Shown: piece by piece, positions 23,665-34,071 of the stretch
Position numbering within the stretch: the first letter of the stretch is position 1
Layout: every line of letters starts with the position of its first letter
Position numbers and translations under genes: made by a program
Notes under the pieces: model-generated
Told to the model about the DNA's origin: nothing
Seen by the model: the letters and a program-made list of their open reading frames with translations, nothing else
The model's database searches: none
From: Epithemia pelagica
Lineage: Eukaryota; Protista; Bacillariophyta
Length of the DNA: 64,000 nucleotides
Assembly: GCA_946965045.2 (NCBI GenBank)
Contig: OX337232.1
Coordinates: 2,666,001 to 2,730,000, forward strand
Direction of reading: 5' to 3'

Positions 23665-25122
23665 TTACAAGTCACCAAACATGTTCTTGGCAGCCTCCGC
23701 ATTCTTCTTGCCTTTGGTGGCAATCTTGGTGCCACCCTTGCATGCAATGCGCCAAAAGATAGTCATACCAAGGAGATCACGGCCGAAATCATTCTCCGAG
23801 TCATTTGATTTCATTTTGATGGGGTTGTACTCCGTAGGGATGACAGTCTCATCCTTGGAGAAAATCTGGTTGTCGAGTTTGATAGACGGGTGAAAGGCAA
23901 ACCTATAGTGGGCCCAGTAGCTGCCATCGTCAGAATCCTCAATAGCCACCATAGTAGCACTATGGGCCTTCTTTGTAGCGGCACACTTGATCTTGGACAA
24001 CTTCTCGTCCTTGTGGTACCGCTCGGGATCGCGGATCCAGAAGTCCTGCGCCGGCCCCCTCATCGAGATTAAACGACCACGCCAGCTTTCTCCGAAAACA
24101 TCGTCGGGAATGCTCGCATCCCATAAATGATGGTCCTGGCAAGGGACTGAACGGCGTAAGTGGAAGCCGTTGCGAGTGAAAAGTTCGTCCTGGTCGATCC
24201 CTTCAACGTATTGAATGTCGAAATCTCTGTTACGTTCGGCACACAAATGGTTGACGGCGATTATCCAAGGGTGCTTGACCGTCCCATTTTGATTCACCAA
24301 CCAACTTGTCGGAACAAATGGGTGCAACACGTCGTTAGGCAGTTGTGGGGGACGAGGAGGGATACGAGAAAGAAGTGGAGACACCCTCCCGAAGACATGT
24401 TGCGGTGGATCACCTCCATTGAGGTCAACACCAGGGACAGCATAAGTGGCGGCAACGTTGTGGCGTGCTGGGCTGGGACTTGCGAAGAAGTTGGAGGCGT
24501 TTACCTGTCCCATCTGCTGATCGTGGGCATCGTGGGCATCGTTGCCAAGAAACACCGCCGGTGATTCTCCTCCCTTCACAGGTGTGCGGTTGAGATTGCG
24601 GGGAGCTGGCTTCCTGTCGTCGTCTTGCTCAGCCATGCCAGCAGCATAATCTTGATCACCATACAAGCGCCCATAAGCGTCCTTGTACATCTGCTCCTCT
24701 TCGGGGCTGACGTCGTCGGCAACATCTGTGGTGTAAGTGTCATTGTCGGAAATCTTGTTGCTCTTCACCATGGTTCCTGACTCTTTGTTTTCAAGTTCTT
24801 TGAGAGTCTTCTCGTTTGGATCAACTCCCAGTCGATGGAGGTAGTTGACGTAGGCTTGGATGGACCGGGACTTGCACTTGCCCCAGCGAAGTTGTACTTG
24901 TCGTCGCTTCAACGAGCCTTCAAATCCCCAGTCGGTGGGATTATTACTGCAAAACGAAAGGAGATCAAAGGAGTGTCTCGACTGGCCTTGTTTTTCGATG
25001 GCCTTGATTAATTTTCTTGTTTGGTCAAACGGCAATCCACCTGGAGCGGGGAACTTGGCTGGCCTCTTTGGCGGTGGTTTCTTCTCTTCGTCCAATTTAT
25101 GATCATGTTGTTGCTCTGTCAT
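23665..25122 (-). CDS. Harbinger ORF B, 485 aa, putative Myb/SANT-like DNA-binding partner with extra C-terminal domain
   Basis: Long open ORF inside the TIRs. N-terminal helical segment (RKLIKAIE...RRQVQLRWGKCK), low-complexity linker, globular C-terminal 200 aa. The Myb call is inferred from Harbinger architecture. Confidence 0.65.
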   Translation of the reverse strand: MTEQQHDHKLDEEKKPPPKRPAKFPAPGGLPFDQTRKLIKAIEKQGQSRHSFDLLSFCSNNPTDWGFEGSLKRRQVQLRWGKCKSRSIQAYVNYLHRLGVDPNEKTLKELENKESGTMVKSNKISDNDTYTTDVADDVSPEEEQMYKDAYGRLYGDQDYAAGMAEQDDDRKPAPRNLNRTPVKGGESPAVFLGNDAHDAHDQQMGQVNASNFFASPSPARHNVAATYAVPGVDLNGGDPPQHVFGRVSPLLSRIPPRPPQLPNDVLHPFVPTSWLVNQNGTVKHPWIIAVNHLCAERNRDFDIQYVEGIDQDELFTRNGFHLRRSVPCQDHHLWDASIPDDVFGESWRGRLISMRGPAQDFWIRDPERYHKDEKLSKIKCAATKKAHSATMVAIEDSDDGSYWAHYRFAFHPSIKLDNQIFSKDETVIPTEYNPIKMKSNDSENDFGRDLLGMTIFWRIACKGGTKIATKGKKNAEAAKNMFGDL

Positions 25123-25390
25123 GATAGAAAATCAATGATCCAACAATCAACGAGAGAAGTAGACAGGTTTGCGAAGCGCAAGCCATTCCCTCTTGATCCA
25201 ACATGCTCCTCTTGTGTCGTTGGTTTGTCTACAGCTACTAATATCATAGGAATGTGTTTGATTGCTTGATCATAAGCAGTATTTTAGTTTACTTAGGGCA
25301 GATTGGTGTGTGTGGACCCACGGATCCTTCTACTCGTGTTCGGGATGAAGCACCTTTCCGCCAATTTGTGACACTACTAGGGAATGAGCC

Positions 25391-26380
25391 ATGAAGGCTG
25401 TCTTCCTTCCCCCAAGTTGGTCGCATCGGAATCTTCCTACTGTTCAACATAAAGAGAAGATGGTGCCACTGGTCGAGCCAGACGAGGTTCTCACGCGAGG
25501 CTTAGCTTATCTCTCCTTGGACGTGGATGGCCGTCTGACGAGGGAGCAACGCATCAACAAGTTCCAACAACACTATGGATCGGTGCCTCTTACAATTGCA
25601 ACCATGTGGTATGACTTGTGCCATACGACAATTGAAGAGGCAAAGCTAAGTACTAAGGATAAACAAAAAGGCTTTCGCATGTTCATGGTTGCGCATTTCT
25701 TTATCTACAGCTATCCTCGAAGCAGCGTACAGCTTGGTGACAGGTTCCGAATTTGTGCGTGCAACGTCCGAGGCAAGAATCTCTGGAAATGGATTCGGAA
25801 GATCGCAGCGCTTGAGGAGAAGGTAATTTTCTGGCCTCACGACCTGAACAATCCTGACTCGGAGATTTTCGCGCTATCTGTGGATGGTGTTGATAAGAAA
25901 ACGTGGGAACGAAAGCACAAGACTGAACTGCTTCCGTTTGATCGACGAAATTTCTCACAGAAGCATGCGCACGGTGGAGTGAAATATCAAATCACTCTAT
26001 GTGCATATCGCCAGCAAGTCGTGGATATCTTTGGACCAGTGCGCGGAGGCATGGGTGACAAGGAGATGCTCGAGAGGTCTGGTGTGCTGGAGCACCTCGC
26101 GGATGGAAAAAAGGTTGTGGCTGATCGCGGTTACATCAAGAATGCTTTCCGCGACAAGGTTGCTTGGCCCAACCCACAACACGATTCAAGGATGGCGAAC
26201 AATATTAAGAGTCGCATCCGCCTGCGACACGAATCGTTCAACGGAAAAATGTCTACCTTTGCCTCCATGCACCAAACTTGGAGGCACAGCGACACGAATC
26301 ATGGACTTGCCTTTCGAGCTGTCGCTGTTACGTTGCAATATGCCATGAACAATGGCAGCTCTCATCTCTTTCAACCCTAA
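25391..26380 (+). CDS. Harbinger DDE transposase (DDE_Tnp_4/HARBI1-like nuclease)
   Basis: Catalytic-type motifs SVDG, FSQKH...KYQI, ADRGY and RxRHESFNGK; frame intact. Confidence 0.85.
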   Translation: MKAVFLPPSWSHRNLPTVQHKEKMVPLVEPDEVLTRGLAYLSLDVDGRLTREQRINKFQQHYGSVPLTIATMWYDLCHTTIEEAKLSTKDKQKGFRMFMVAHFFIYSYPRSSVQLGDRFRICACNVRGKNLWKWIRKIAALEEKVIFWPHDLNNPDSEIFALSVDGVDKKTWERKHKTELLPFDRRNFSQKHAHGGVKYQITLCAYRQQVVDIFGPVRGGMGDKEMLERSGVLEHLADGKKVVADRGYIKNAFRDKVAWPNPQHDSRMANNIKSRIRLRHESFNGKMSTFASMHQTWRHSDTNHGLAFRAVAVTLQYAMNNGSSHLFQP

Positions 26381-26425
26381 TGAATGTCTAAAGTAGAGAA
26401 AAGTTTGTTTGTGTTTTCTATTTGT

Positions 26426-27070
26426 TTACGTATAGTCTTGTATATGATTTGCCAAATCATGTCGTCGTCGCAGCTCATCACAGGGGACAACAGGTCCTCG
26501 TCCTTGCTCCTCCTCGCGTTTCAGTGCCAGATAGTTGAAAAAACGTTGGCGGCGTGCTTCCTGGTAAATGCGGTGCTTGAAGATTGCTGGCTTAAAGTCT
26601 CTGTAGGCAGGACGTGTCCTTTGAAGCTCGGATGGCTTCAAGCGTAGGTGCACACCATTCTTCACATCCTGCCGAAGAAGCAGCTTTGCAGGGTGAAGGT
26701 CAAAGACAAGTTCACCTTTGTTGTTGTGTTGTTGTCTTGGATATAACCTTCTGTCATGAATAAGGGCCCTTTCGTCACTTCTTGCCCTTTCATTCGCGTA
26801 GTCTGCTTGGCGTCGATGATCCTGCAGCCGTGCCTTGAATTGTTGGAAGGGGACACCTTTGAACTCCGGGAGCCGCTTGTAAAACTTGAAAAGGTGGTCT
26901 GCCGGCACCATGTTCATGTTGTAGAGCAGACCACCTGGCTCCAAATCCTCGATGAGGATCGCCCGCCCCTCGCATTTCCTCCAATCAACAAACTTCTCCT
27001 TCTCCTTCTCCTTCTTCGATACAGAGACCTGCTTGCTCATCCTCTTTCTTTGTCCACTACCTGGCGACAA
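26426..27070 (-). CDS. Harbinger ORF D, 214-aa basic helical protein with an internally duplicated motif
   Basis: Open ORF convergent with the transposase. Two related segments: DWRKCEGRAILIEDLEPG...EFKGVPFQQFKARL and FDLHPAKLLLRQDVKNG...AYRDFKPAIFKHRI. Confidence 0.7.
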   Translation of the reverse strand: MSPGSGQRKRMSKQVSVSKKEKEKEKFVDWRKCEGRAILIEDLEPGGLLYNMNMVPADHLFKFYKRLPEFKGVPFQQFKARLQDHRRQADYANERARSDERALIHDRRLYPRQQHNNKGELVFDLHPAKLLLRQDVKNGVHLRLKPSELQRTRPAYRDFKPAIFKHRIYQEARRQRFFNYLALKREEEQGRGPVVPCDELRRRHDLANHIQDYT

Positions 27071-27184
27071 AAAAGGTTGGTTGTTGTGTCGTGTTCCATT
27101 TCGTCGATCGTTGTCGATAACTTCGACGTGTTTTGCGATCTCGTTTTGTGAAGCTCATTTTTGTTGTGAAGACTCATTCTTGTT

Positions 27185-27390
27185 GTTGTATCGGGTGTGT
27201 GTATCGGGGTTTCGTCGATTTGTATCGGTTGTATCGACCCCAGTGTATCGTTTGTATCGGGGTTGTATCGGTTGTATCGGGTTGTATCGGGTTGTATCGG
27301 AATTTGTATCGGTTGTATCGGATGTTGTTTCGACCAGTTGTATGGTTTGTATCGGGTTGTATCGACCCTCGCCAAATGTTCCGATTCGTG
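27185..27390 (+). repeat. Right subterminal array of TGTATCGG-type motifs
   Basis: More than 12 copies of TTGTATCGG, some in perfect tandem, in the same orientation as the left array. Confidence 0.88.
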
Positions 27391-27706
27391 TATTTTCCTC
27401 TCTATGTATTCTAATATACAGAAATATCAATGTCGACGAGTATTTTGTTCTATTATAGTGTACCAAAAAGAAAATAAGCTTGTCCGTCCTTCGCCCTTTT
27501 TGGTATATTCTGTTCAAGGTCCATAAGCACTATGGTTACAAAAATAGCGGGTGTCCCAGCCCTTCGTGCGCTATGCACTGCTATGTGACACAACAAACCA
27601 ATGCACTGATAGAATGAAAAAATGAGATGGAGACAAACGACACACACACAACATAGGATTAGCTATGATGAAGCTAGCCAAATAATGAGGATAAGCTGAA
27701 AACTCA

Positions 27707-28419
27707 AAACGGCAGATTGGAGCTAAACGGCAGATCGGAGCTAAACGGCAGATCGGAGCTAAACGGCAGATCGGAGCTACAAGCTGAGTTCAGGGAGTGT
27801 GTTCCTGTCGTAGACTCCTGTAGAATTTGTACCAGAGGAGTAATCCTGGAAAGCGTTCTGCGTTATTATTGTCCGACTAGCGACTTCCTAGTGGCTGAAA
27901 TAAATATTTTATTAACTTTAGTGTAATGTGTGATTTCTTCCGAACGCTAGGATTTCGTCAAAAATTACGAAAAAACAGTCGAGTGTGTTGACCATGGTGG
28001 AGGGCCGTCCCGACCTGTTGAACTGTTGCCGAGCTGCATCCAGCTCCCTTAGGGTGTTGTTGGACCATCACCAATGGGGCAACAGTTCAACGCATCAGCA
28101 TCATCCACAATAACATGATCATCGGACGCACCCCACGCACGATAGTCTCGTACAAAACGAAGTTTTTCTGGGGGAACGCGAGATTGTCGAGTTTCGGAAG
28201 CACTTTGCACAATAGAGGCATAATTATAAGGGCTATATTAACAAAGGTGGCTGGCGCGTATTTCGTAGATTTCCTACTGGAGCGCTACGACAGGAACATT
28301 CTGTCTGAACTCAGCTTGTAAACGGCAGATTGGAGCTAAACGGCAGATCGGAGCTAAGCGGCAGATCGGAGCTAAACGGCAGATCGGAGCTAATCGGCAG
28401 ATCGGAGCTAAACGGCAGA
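27707..28419 (+). repeat. 18-bp minisatellite (AAACGGCAGATCGGAGCT), about 9.5 units, split by a MITE
   Basis: 4 units at 27707-27778 and about 5.5 units at 28320-28419. Confidence 0.92.
27780..28318. mobile_element. 539-bp MITE with TA target, Tc1/mariner-like
   Basis: Perfect 14-bp TIRs CAAGCTGAGTTCAG and TA duplicated (27778-79 and 28319-20). Removal restores the repeat unit GAGCTAAACGG. Confidence 0.88.
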
Positions 28420-28905
28420 GCACGTAGTAAGTAGGACTGATCCATGACCATTTAATATCCCGGTTTGAATTTTTAGCTTGAGCCTTCTTAGCAATGATTC
28501 TGTCTCCTTTATGTGCTGATCCCCGAGTCGCTCACACCAACTCTATGTCTTGGGTCTTGGACAAATTTTTAAACTCTGTAGCTACTAGTTCTGCGACTCA
28601 ATCTTATTCGGTTGCTAATGAATGTTCTAGTTGTCTATTTGGATGCTAATTGATTGTATCTATAGAGGTCAACAGTTTAAGCTACAGTTCTAACCTTACC
28701 TGTTACGAGCCACTGCTACGAGTGTCATCTTGTCGACGTTGCGGACCATCAGGCGATGTTCCTTTCCGTGGCAGTCAGCCTCCAGCTCCAGCACCATTGA
28801 CAATTGACGATAGACGAACACTATCGATCACAATCACATTTGGTTCGCTCTGTTAAAGGAGTAAGCTCATAAGGACGCAATAAAACCCTTGAGATATATC
28901 GCATT

Positions 28906-29481
28906 ATGAGCAGCACTTCCAAAATGGTCAATCATAAGAGTCTCCATGGCTTACCTAGTTGCGCATCGCTTGCATCGACTGTGGTGTCCGAGGAGTCTGA
29001 AGCTTTCTCAGTGAACATGGCGGATGTCTCCCGTCGTCCTCAGACGACTAGAGGTAACTCCAGTGTGGTCTTTAGCTCCGTTCAAGTCCGTGTCTATAGT
29101 CGAACGGTTGGTGATCATCCCGATGTGACAAGAGGGGCTCCTGTGACATTGGACTGGGATTTTCAGGACCACAGTGAGGTTGACATTTTACAGTTTGAAG
29201 AAAACCGGCCGGAACGAAAGAGGTTTCTTCGCATGTCAGCTGCTAGTCGGAAAAGTCTGTTGGAGGATGAATTTGAAGCGTCCGAACAGGAACTGGAAGC
29301 AGCATCCAGAGAAGCCGAAATGGTGCGGATGCAACGGCAGGAATCTTCGAAGGATACCGACAGCGTATGGAGCAACATTGAGAGAAAACCCAGAATGAAG
29401 AAACAGGCATCTCTCGGCAAGAGGATGACGCGAAAAGGCATGTTCAAGAATCTTCGCCGCTCTTTCACCTCGAGAGCATGA
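28906..29481 (+). CDS. Hypothetical protein, 191 aa, resembling a family common in diatoms
   Basis: Open ORF with the segment VFSSVQVRVYSRTVGDHPDVTRGAPVTLDWD; no function assignable. Confidence 0.65.
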   Translation: MSSTSKMVNHKSLHGLPSCASLASTVVSEESEAFSVNMADVSRRPQTTRGNSSVVFSSVQVRVYSRTVGDHPDVTRGAPVTLDWDFQDHSEVDILQFEENRPERKRFLRMSAASRKSLLEDEFEASEQELEAASREAEMVRMQRQESSKDTDSVWSNIERKPRMKKQASLGKRMTRKGMFKNLRRSFTSRA

Positions 29482-29979
29482 TTGGGTTTAGAGCAATCCC
29501 TGTTGAATGTTGAATACTATCAATGAATCAACGACAATTTTGCAATACATCCAGATGGGAATAGAGTTGTAAATAAATAGACTTGTCACACTCTTCATCA
29601 TCGGGATGCACGTAGTATATTGAATATTTGTCTGACATTACTGCTTTGTGAGGTAGACTTGACAGGCTTTGGATGCTGTATGAACAACCACTTGAGTCAA
29701 GAAAAGCATGTGATCAAGCCATTGACGGCAACGACTGATCAGATCACATTTCGAGTTTCCCATTCAAAGTTTTGACGAGATATGATCGCTAACTTTACCC
29801 ATCTTCGGGCTTCGGGTAGAGCTCCCGAACAGAACCCGGATCTTAGTATCTTTGTGTGACGCACGACAATGGCATCAGCTCATTGATCGAAAAAATAGAT
29901 ACACGGTATCCGCGTTGAACTTGGAACGCGACGCGAAGCAGCTGACAGGGTTCGATTTCGATAGCCAAGGGGGAGAGAA

Positions 29980-31725
29980 ATGCTACTAACGCAACCACTT
30001 GCTTTGGCGTTCTGGGGTTTGTCAGGTCAAGCACCACTCGTTCCCGTGCACAACAAGAACACACTGTTCCCTCTTACAGCCACATCCAAACCGGAAGAAG
30101 CCATGTCGTCGACAACAGAAGTGAAACGCGTGGCCGTGGTCGGCTCGGCCAATCAAGATTTGACGTCGTACACTCGTAATGTTCCAGTATTGGGTGAAAC
30201 CGTCATGGGATCCGTCTTTGACACCAGTTGCGGTGGGAAGGGTGCGAATCAAGCCAGAGCGGCTGCCAGTATAGCTACGGCACCCGTCACAATGATTTGT
30301 CGAGTGGGAAAAGATGTGTTTGGTGAGAATCTGCTTCAAGATTTGCGCAAGGCCGGTGTTGAATGGGAAGATGACAAGACGCGTCTCGACGGTACATCGT
30401 CAGGAGTGGCAGCCATTGTTGTGGATGAGAAAAGCGGGGATAATATGATTATCGTCACTCCTGGAGCCAATCATGCATTGACCCCTGCCAATGTCGAAGA
30501 AAGCTTGAAATCGTTGAAACCTGCCGTCGTCGTTGTACAACTCGAAATTACCTATGAGGCAGCGTTGCAAGCGCTCAAGACTGGGCAAGAACTAGGAGCC
30601 ATTACAATATTAAATCCTGCACCCGCACCTGAAGATAAAACTGCCCTGCAGGAGTTTTATCCTTATGTTGACATTTTGATACCCAACGAAACCGAACTTC
30701 GAACACTCTGTGGCGTCGAACAGGATTCCAAAGACGATGAGGAAACGTTGGCTAAATCTTTATTGGATTTCGGAGTACGCAAGTGTGTGATTTGTACTCT
30801 GGGCGCCAGAGGTGCCATGATCGTGCAGCCAAAAGACGGTGGCGAAGTCGATGTTCAGTATGCCGACGCCCCAGCAGATCTACCTGCACGCAAAGAGCCA
30901 ATCAAGGACACAATTGGGGCTGGTGATGCCTTTTGTGGCTCCTTGTCATCGTACCTCACCGTTGATGGAATGGAACTCAAAGATGCTGTTGTGAAAGCCT
31001 GTGGCTTTGCCAGCATGTCTGTTCGACGACAAGGGGCATCTTACCCTGGAGCGAACGAACTTCCCGATTCATTGCGGGTATCAAGTCCGCGTACTGACGG
31101 TAAAACCTCCACTGGCGACAAACCAAGTATTACCTTTGTGACGGGGAACAAAAAGAAGTTGGAGGAAGTAAAACAGATCCTTTCTGCGGGCACCGATCTT
31201 GCATTCGACATTGTGAATCTTAGTTTAGATCTTCCTGAATTGCAGGGAGATCCTGTTGAGATTGCGCGTGAAAAGTGTCTGCAGGCGGCCCAAAAAGTGA
31301 AGGGAGCGTGTTTTACCGAAGACACATCCCTCTGTTTTAATGCGCTCCAAGGAATGCCAGGACCGTACATTAAATACTTTTTGGAAAAATGCGGTCATGG
31401 CGGACTCAACGGCATGCTCGCAGGGTTTGACGACAAGTCCGCGTATGCTCAAACTGTCATTGCCTTTTGTCCAGGACCAGGCCGAGAGGTTGTCGTTTTT
31501 GATGGGCGAACGGATGGGGTCATCGTTCCAGCTCGCGGACCATTGGATTTTGGTTGGGATCCCATTTTCCAGCCCAATGAGGGAGCCGGATTGACCTATG
31601 CCGAAATGGACAAGACCGACAAAAATCTTATTAGTCATCGAGGACGGGCCATGGAGAAGTTTCGCAAATATCTGTTGGAAGAAACGGACCAAATTTTGCA
31701 AGATATGATGGCTGATTCCAAATAG
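29980..31725 (+). CDS. Ribokinase (PfkB) - inosine triphosphate pyrophosphatase (Ham1/ITPA) fusion protein
   Basis: PfkB motifs GGKGANQA and DTIGAGDAF, then ITPase motifs [32 protein letters not shown] and SHRGRA in one intronless frame. Alternative start at 30103. Confidence 0.92.
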   Translation: MLLTQPLALAFWGLSGQAPLVPVHNKNTLFPLTATSKPEEAMSSTTEVKRVAVVGSANQDLTSYTRNVPVLGETVMGSVFDTSCGGKGANQARAAASIATAPVTMICRVGKDVFGENLLQDLRKAGVEWEDDKTRLDGTSSGVAAIVVDEKSGDNMIIVTPGANHALTPANVEESLKSLKPAVVVVQLEITYEAALQALKTGQELGAITILNPAPAPEDKTALQEFYPYVDILIPNETELRTLCGVEQDSKDDEETLAKSLLDFGVRKCVICTLGARGAMIVQPKDGGEVDVQYADAPADLPARKEPIKDTIGAGDAFCGSLSSYLTVDGMELKDAVVKACGFASMSVRRQGASYPGANELPDSLRVSSPRTDGKTSTGDKPSITFVTGNKKKLEEVKQILSAGTDLAFDIVNLSLDLPELQGDPVEIAREKCLQAAQKVKGACFTEDTSLCFNALQGMPGPYIKYFLEKCGHGGLNGMLAGFDDKSAYAQTVIAFCPGPGREVVVFDGRTDGVIVPARGPLDFGWDPIFQPNEGAGLTYAEMDKTDKNLISHRGRAMEKFRKYLLEETDQILQDMMADSK

Positions 31726-31966
31726 ATGCCTTGACATGATAGTCACTGGGTTTGTCGCAGGATATGCCGCTCAATCACCACTGGATGAAGGGTTAGAATT
31801 GAAATTATTCTGGCTTGCTGCCATTGCGCAATTCCAAATGACAGATGTCAGTTGTGCAACAGGCTTGTTTGGGGTCATGGCCTCTTATAGCAGGAATACT
31901 TAATAAGACATGATAGAGTCACAAAGTTGTCTTGGCTTTTGCATCGTTCATATGATTTCACTTTCG

Positions 31967-33190
31967 TCATGACGCGTCCCTCCCTTTTGTTTGAGTGTCT
32001 TTTGCTTCAAAAAGGCTACGACTGGGAAAATTGAGTCGATCTCGAAACCATTCTTGGGCCACCGTAATCACCAACATGGATCTGTTCTGCGAATAGTGGT
32101 GCAAACCGCTCTCTGTCCTTGGTTCGCTCGAGCCGCGATTTTGGTTGGCCAGACCTCGATGCAAGATGCGATAATCAAAAACGAGGGCATCCCCGGCTTG
32201 CAAGAGGGGTGCCACGGGTGGTTGCAGGGTTTTTTGACAATGAGCCGCCAACAAGAGAGGACCTAAATTGCGTGTATGTACATGTGTTCCCGGCCGTAAC
32301 TGCGTGGGTCCCCACTCCAGGGTGGGAACGTCATGAAGGGCGACAAAGACATTCAACACGTGACACGGCAAATGCTGTTGCAAATCCACATGTCCACCAT
32401 CGGCATGCCATTTTTGTTCCTCGGCACCCGGAGTCGAAATGACAAGCGATAGATTGCAAACGCGCGCATCCTCCCATGTCAAGGGCGACGACGAAGAGGC
32501 TGGAGACAAGAAACTTGCAATGCCTTGATCGTCCAGTACTTGGTACAGCTTGTCAACATTGGGAATGTCATCACTCTCGGCATCCTCCTCGTGTGCCTCG
32601 CTTCGAAGATACAATAGTTCAGATTGGGGTTGGAGCAAGGAAATTTCGTACCGACCTGGGCTCCGCATTACAACTTCCCGAAACCCATGCTTGATGCCTT
32701 GTCCCATGGCATAGTCTTTTTGTAGTTGGTCGGTTCTCGAATTCGACGATCCTTCTTGTTTGTCAGCGTCATCAATTTCACTTGTACGCACACGATATTC
32801 TTCAGGAAACAGTGTGTGCCCTCGCGCATACAGTTCTTGATGGATCCACTCCAAGATGGTAACTGGTTTCCTGATGGTCTCATTGTGGCCAGTGGTGTCG
32901 TCCTGGTGATGACCGGGTACACCGTCACAAAAGGCCTGCCATTCCTGCAACGTGTTCAAAGGTACCAAACCTCTGATCACCACAAACCCATCCTTTTCAA
33001 ACTTCGACCGATTCAGTTCCCGATTGTTGGTTTGCTGATCAATCTCCTCCATGATGCCGTCCTCATTCTTCGTGTCGTTGGTGTCCATGATTGTCGCATT
33101 GTCTAAACTGCCATAATCCGAATAAATCCGGGTGACCTTATATACGCGACCAAAACGCGTTATCCTTTTTCTTGATGTTTCCAGGTCCAT
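31967..33190 (-). CDS. Phytanoyl-CoA dioxygenase (PhyH) family protein
   Basis: HxD motif (QKWHADGGH), NVFVALHD, GPTQLRPGTH and distal His (GDALVFDYRILHRGLAN). Confidence 0.85.
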   Translation of the reverse strand: MDLETSRKRITRFGRVYKVTRIYSDYGSLDNATIMDTNDTKNEDGIMEEIDQQTNNRELNRSKFEKDGFVVIRGLVPLNTLQEWQAFCDGVPGHHQDDTTGHNETIRKPVTILEWIHQELYARGHTLFPEEYRVRTSEIDDADKQEGSSNSRTDQLQKDYAMGQGIKHGFREVVMRSPGRYEISLLQPQSELLYLRSEAHEEDAESDDIPNVDKLYQVLDDQGIASFLSPASSSSPLTWEDARVCNLSLVISTPGAEEQKWHADGGHVDLQQHLPCHVLNVFVALHDVPTLEWGPTQLRPGTHVHTRNLGPLLLAAHCQKTLQPPVAPLLQAGDALVFDYRILHRGLANQNRGSSEPRTESGLHHYSQNRSMLVITVAQEWFRDRLNFPSRSLFEAKDTQTKGRDAS

Positions 33191-33234
33191 GATGTCATCA
33201 ATCTTTTGTCAACAGTCAACAACGACCTACGACC

Positions 33235-34071
33235 ATGAAGTACTATTGGTTTGCCGTCTTCGTCTTCTTCGTTGGGTTTGTAACAGCCTGGATAACGAAT
33301 GAAAATAAATCTTCAATGCATGCCAGAGAGGGTGGTAGAAGAAGCAGGCCGAGGTCTTGTCTTCCCACAACAAGTCCAAGGCTGTGTCCATCCATGACGA
33401 CGACGACGACACGACGGACGAGAACGGCTTCTTTGTCTCTGCCACGGCGCCCAGACAGCAGTCTCCATATGGGCTTGTTTGATGGAGTTGTCGGTGGCTT
33501 GGGACGATTTCTGGAAAGCCGAGGAAATGATTTTGTCAAACTGGATACTGCCACTCAAGATATTTTTGGTCCTGGGCCCTTGTTGGTCCTCTATCGTGTT
33601 CCACCAGGGATTGACACGGAAGAAGTGCAAGACATGATTGACGCACCTCGAGCGTTTACCCAAAAGGTTACCATTGCTCGAGTCGAACCGCAAAAGGAAA
33701 AGGATTCTTCCGGTACGACCTTGTTCGATTTATCTCTGGAACAAGCCTTGGAACAACTTGTCGCATCACCAACCGACAAGATCGATCCAGTGGAATCTTC
33801 CTCTCTTGATCAACCCTTTGTCTTTGGGTCAGAGAATGGAGCGACGATAACGCCAGTCTTGTTTTTTAGTGGATTTGAAAACAGGGAAATGATGAATTTA
33901 TACATGCTGTTGAGTGGAGAAATTTATCGAGAAAGTGGTTTATCGGCCGCATGTGCCAAAGCTGTCCCCAACGCCATGTCAAAATCCTTTCAACAAGTGC
34001 TCGACGAAATTTGCGGAGATCATGAAGATGCCATGAAAATGCAACAACAAGACGATGAGAACGACTCCTAG
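33235..34071 (+). CDS. DUF3783-like protein; start uncertain
   Basis: C-terminal VLFFSGFENREMMNLY...ACAKAVPNAMSKSFQQVLDEICGDH resembles DUF3783. Confidence 0.6.
   Translation: MKYYWFAVFVFFVGFVTAWITNENKSSMHAREGGRRSRPRSCLPTTSPRLCPSMTTTTTRRTRTASLSLPRRPDSSLHMGLFDGVVGGLGRFLESRGNDFVKLDTATQDIFGPGPLLVLYRVPPGIDTEEVQDMIDAPRAFTQKVTIARVEPQKEKDSSGTTLFDLSLEQALEQLVASPTDKIDPVESSSLDQPFVFGSENGATITPVLFFSGFENREMMNLYMLLSGEIYRESGLSAACAKAVPNAMSKSFQQVLDEICGDHEDAMKMQQQDDENDS

Larger units (their letters stand above)
22488..27556. mobile_element. 5,069-bp PIF/Harbinger-type DNA transposon with four ORFs
   Basis: 25-bp TIRs GGACACCCGCTAT(A/T)TTTGTAACCAT with 1 mismatch, 3-bp TSD CAG (22485-87 and 27557-59), internal DDE_Tnp_4-type nuclease and subterminal TGTATCGG arrays. 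Confidence 0.9.

Noticed and set aside
27037-27526. Several overlapping ORFs rich in YR/CI/DT
   Set aside because: Artefacts of the right subterminal repeat array.
27717-27926. ORF with ELNGRS repeats
   Set aside because: Translation of the minisatellite running into the MITE TIR; the start is TTG.
27707-28419. 18-bp repeats as a CRISPR array
   Set aside because: Units are head-to-tail with no unique spacers, there are no cas genes, and the context is eukaryotic.
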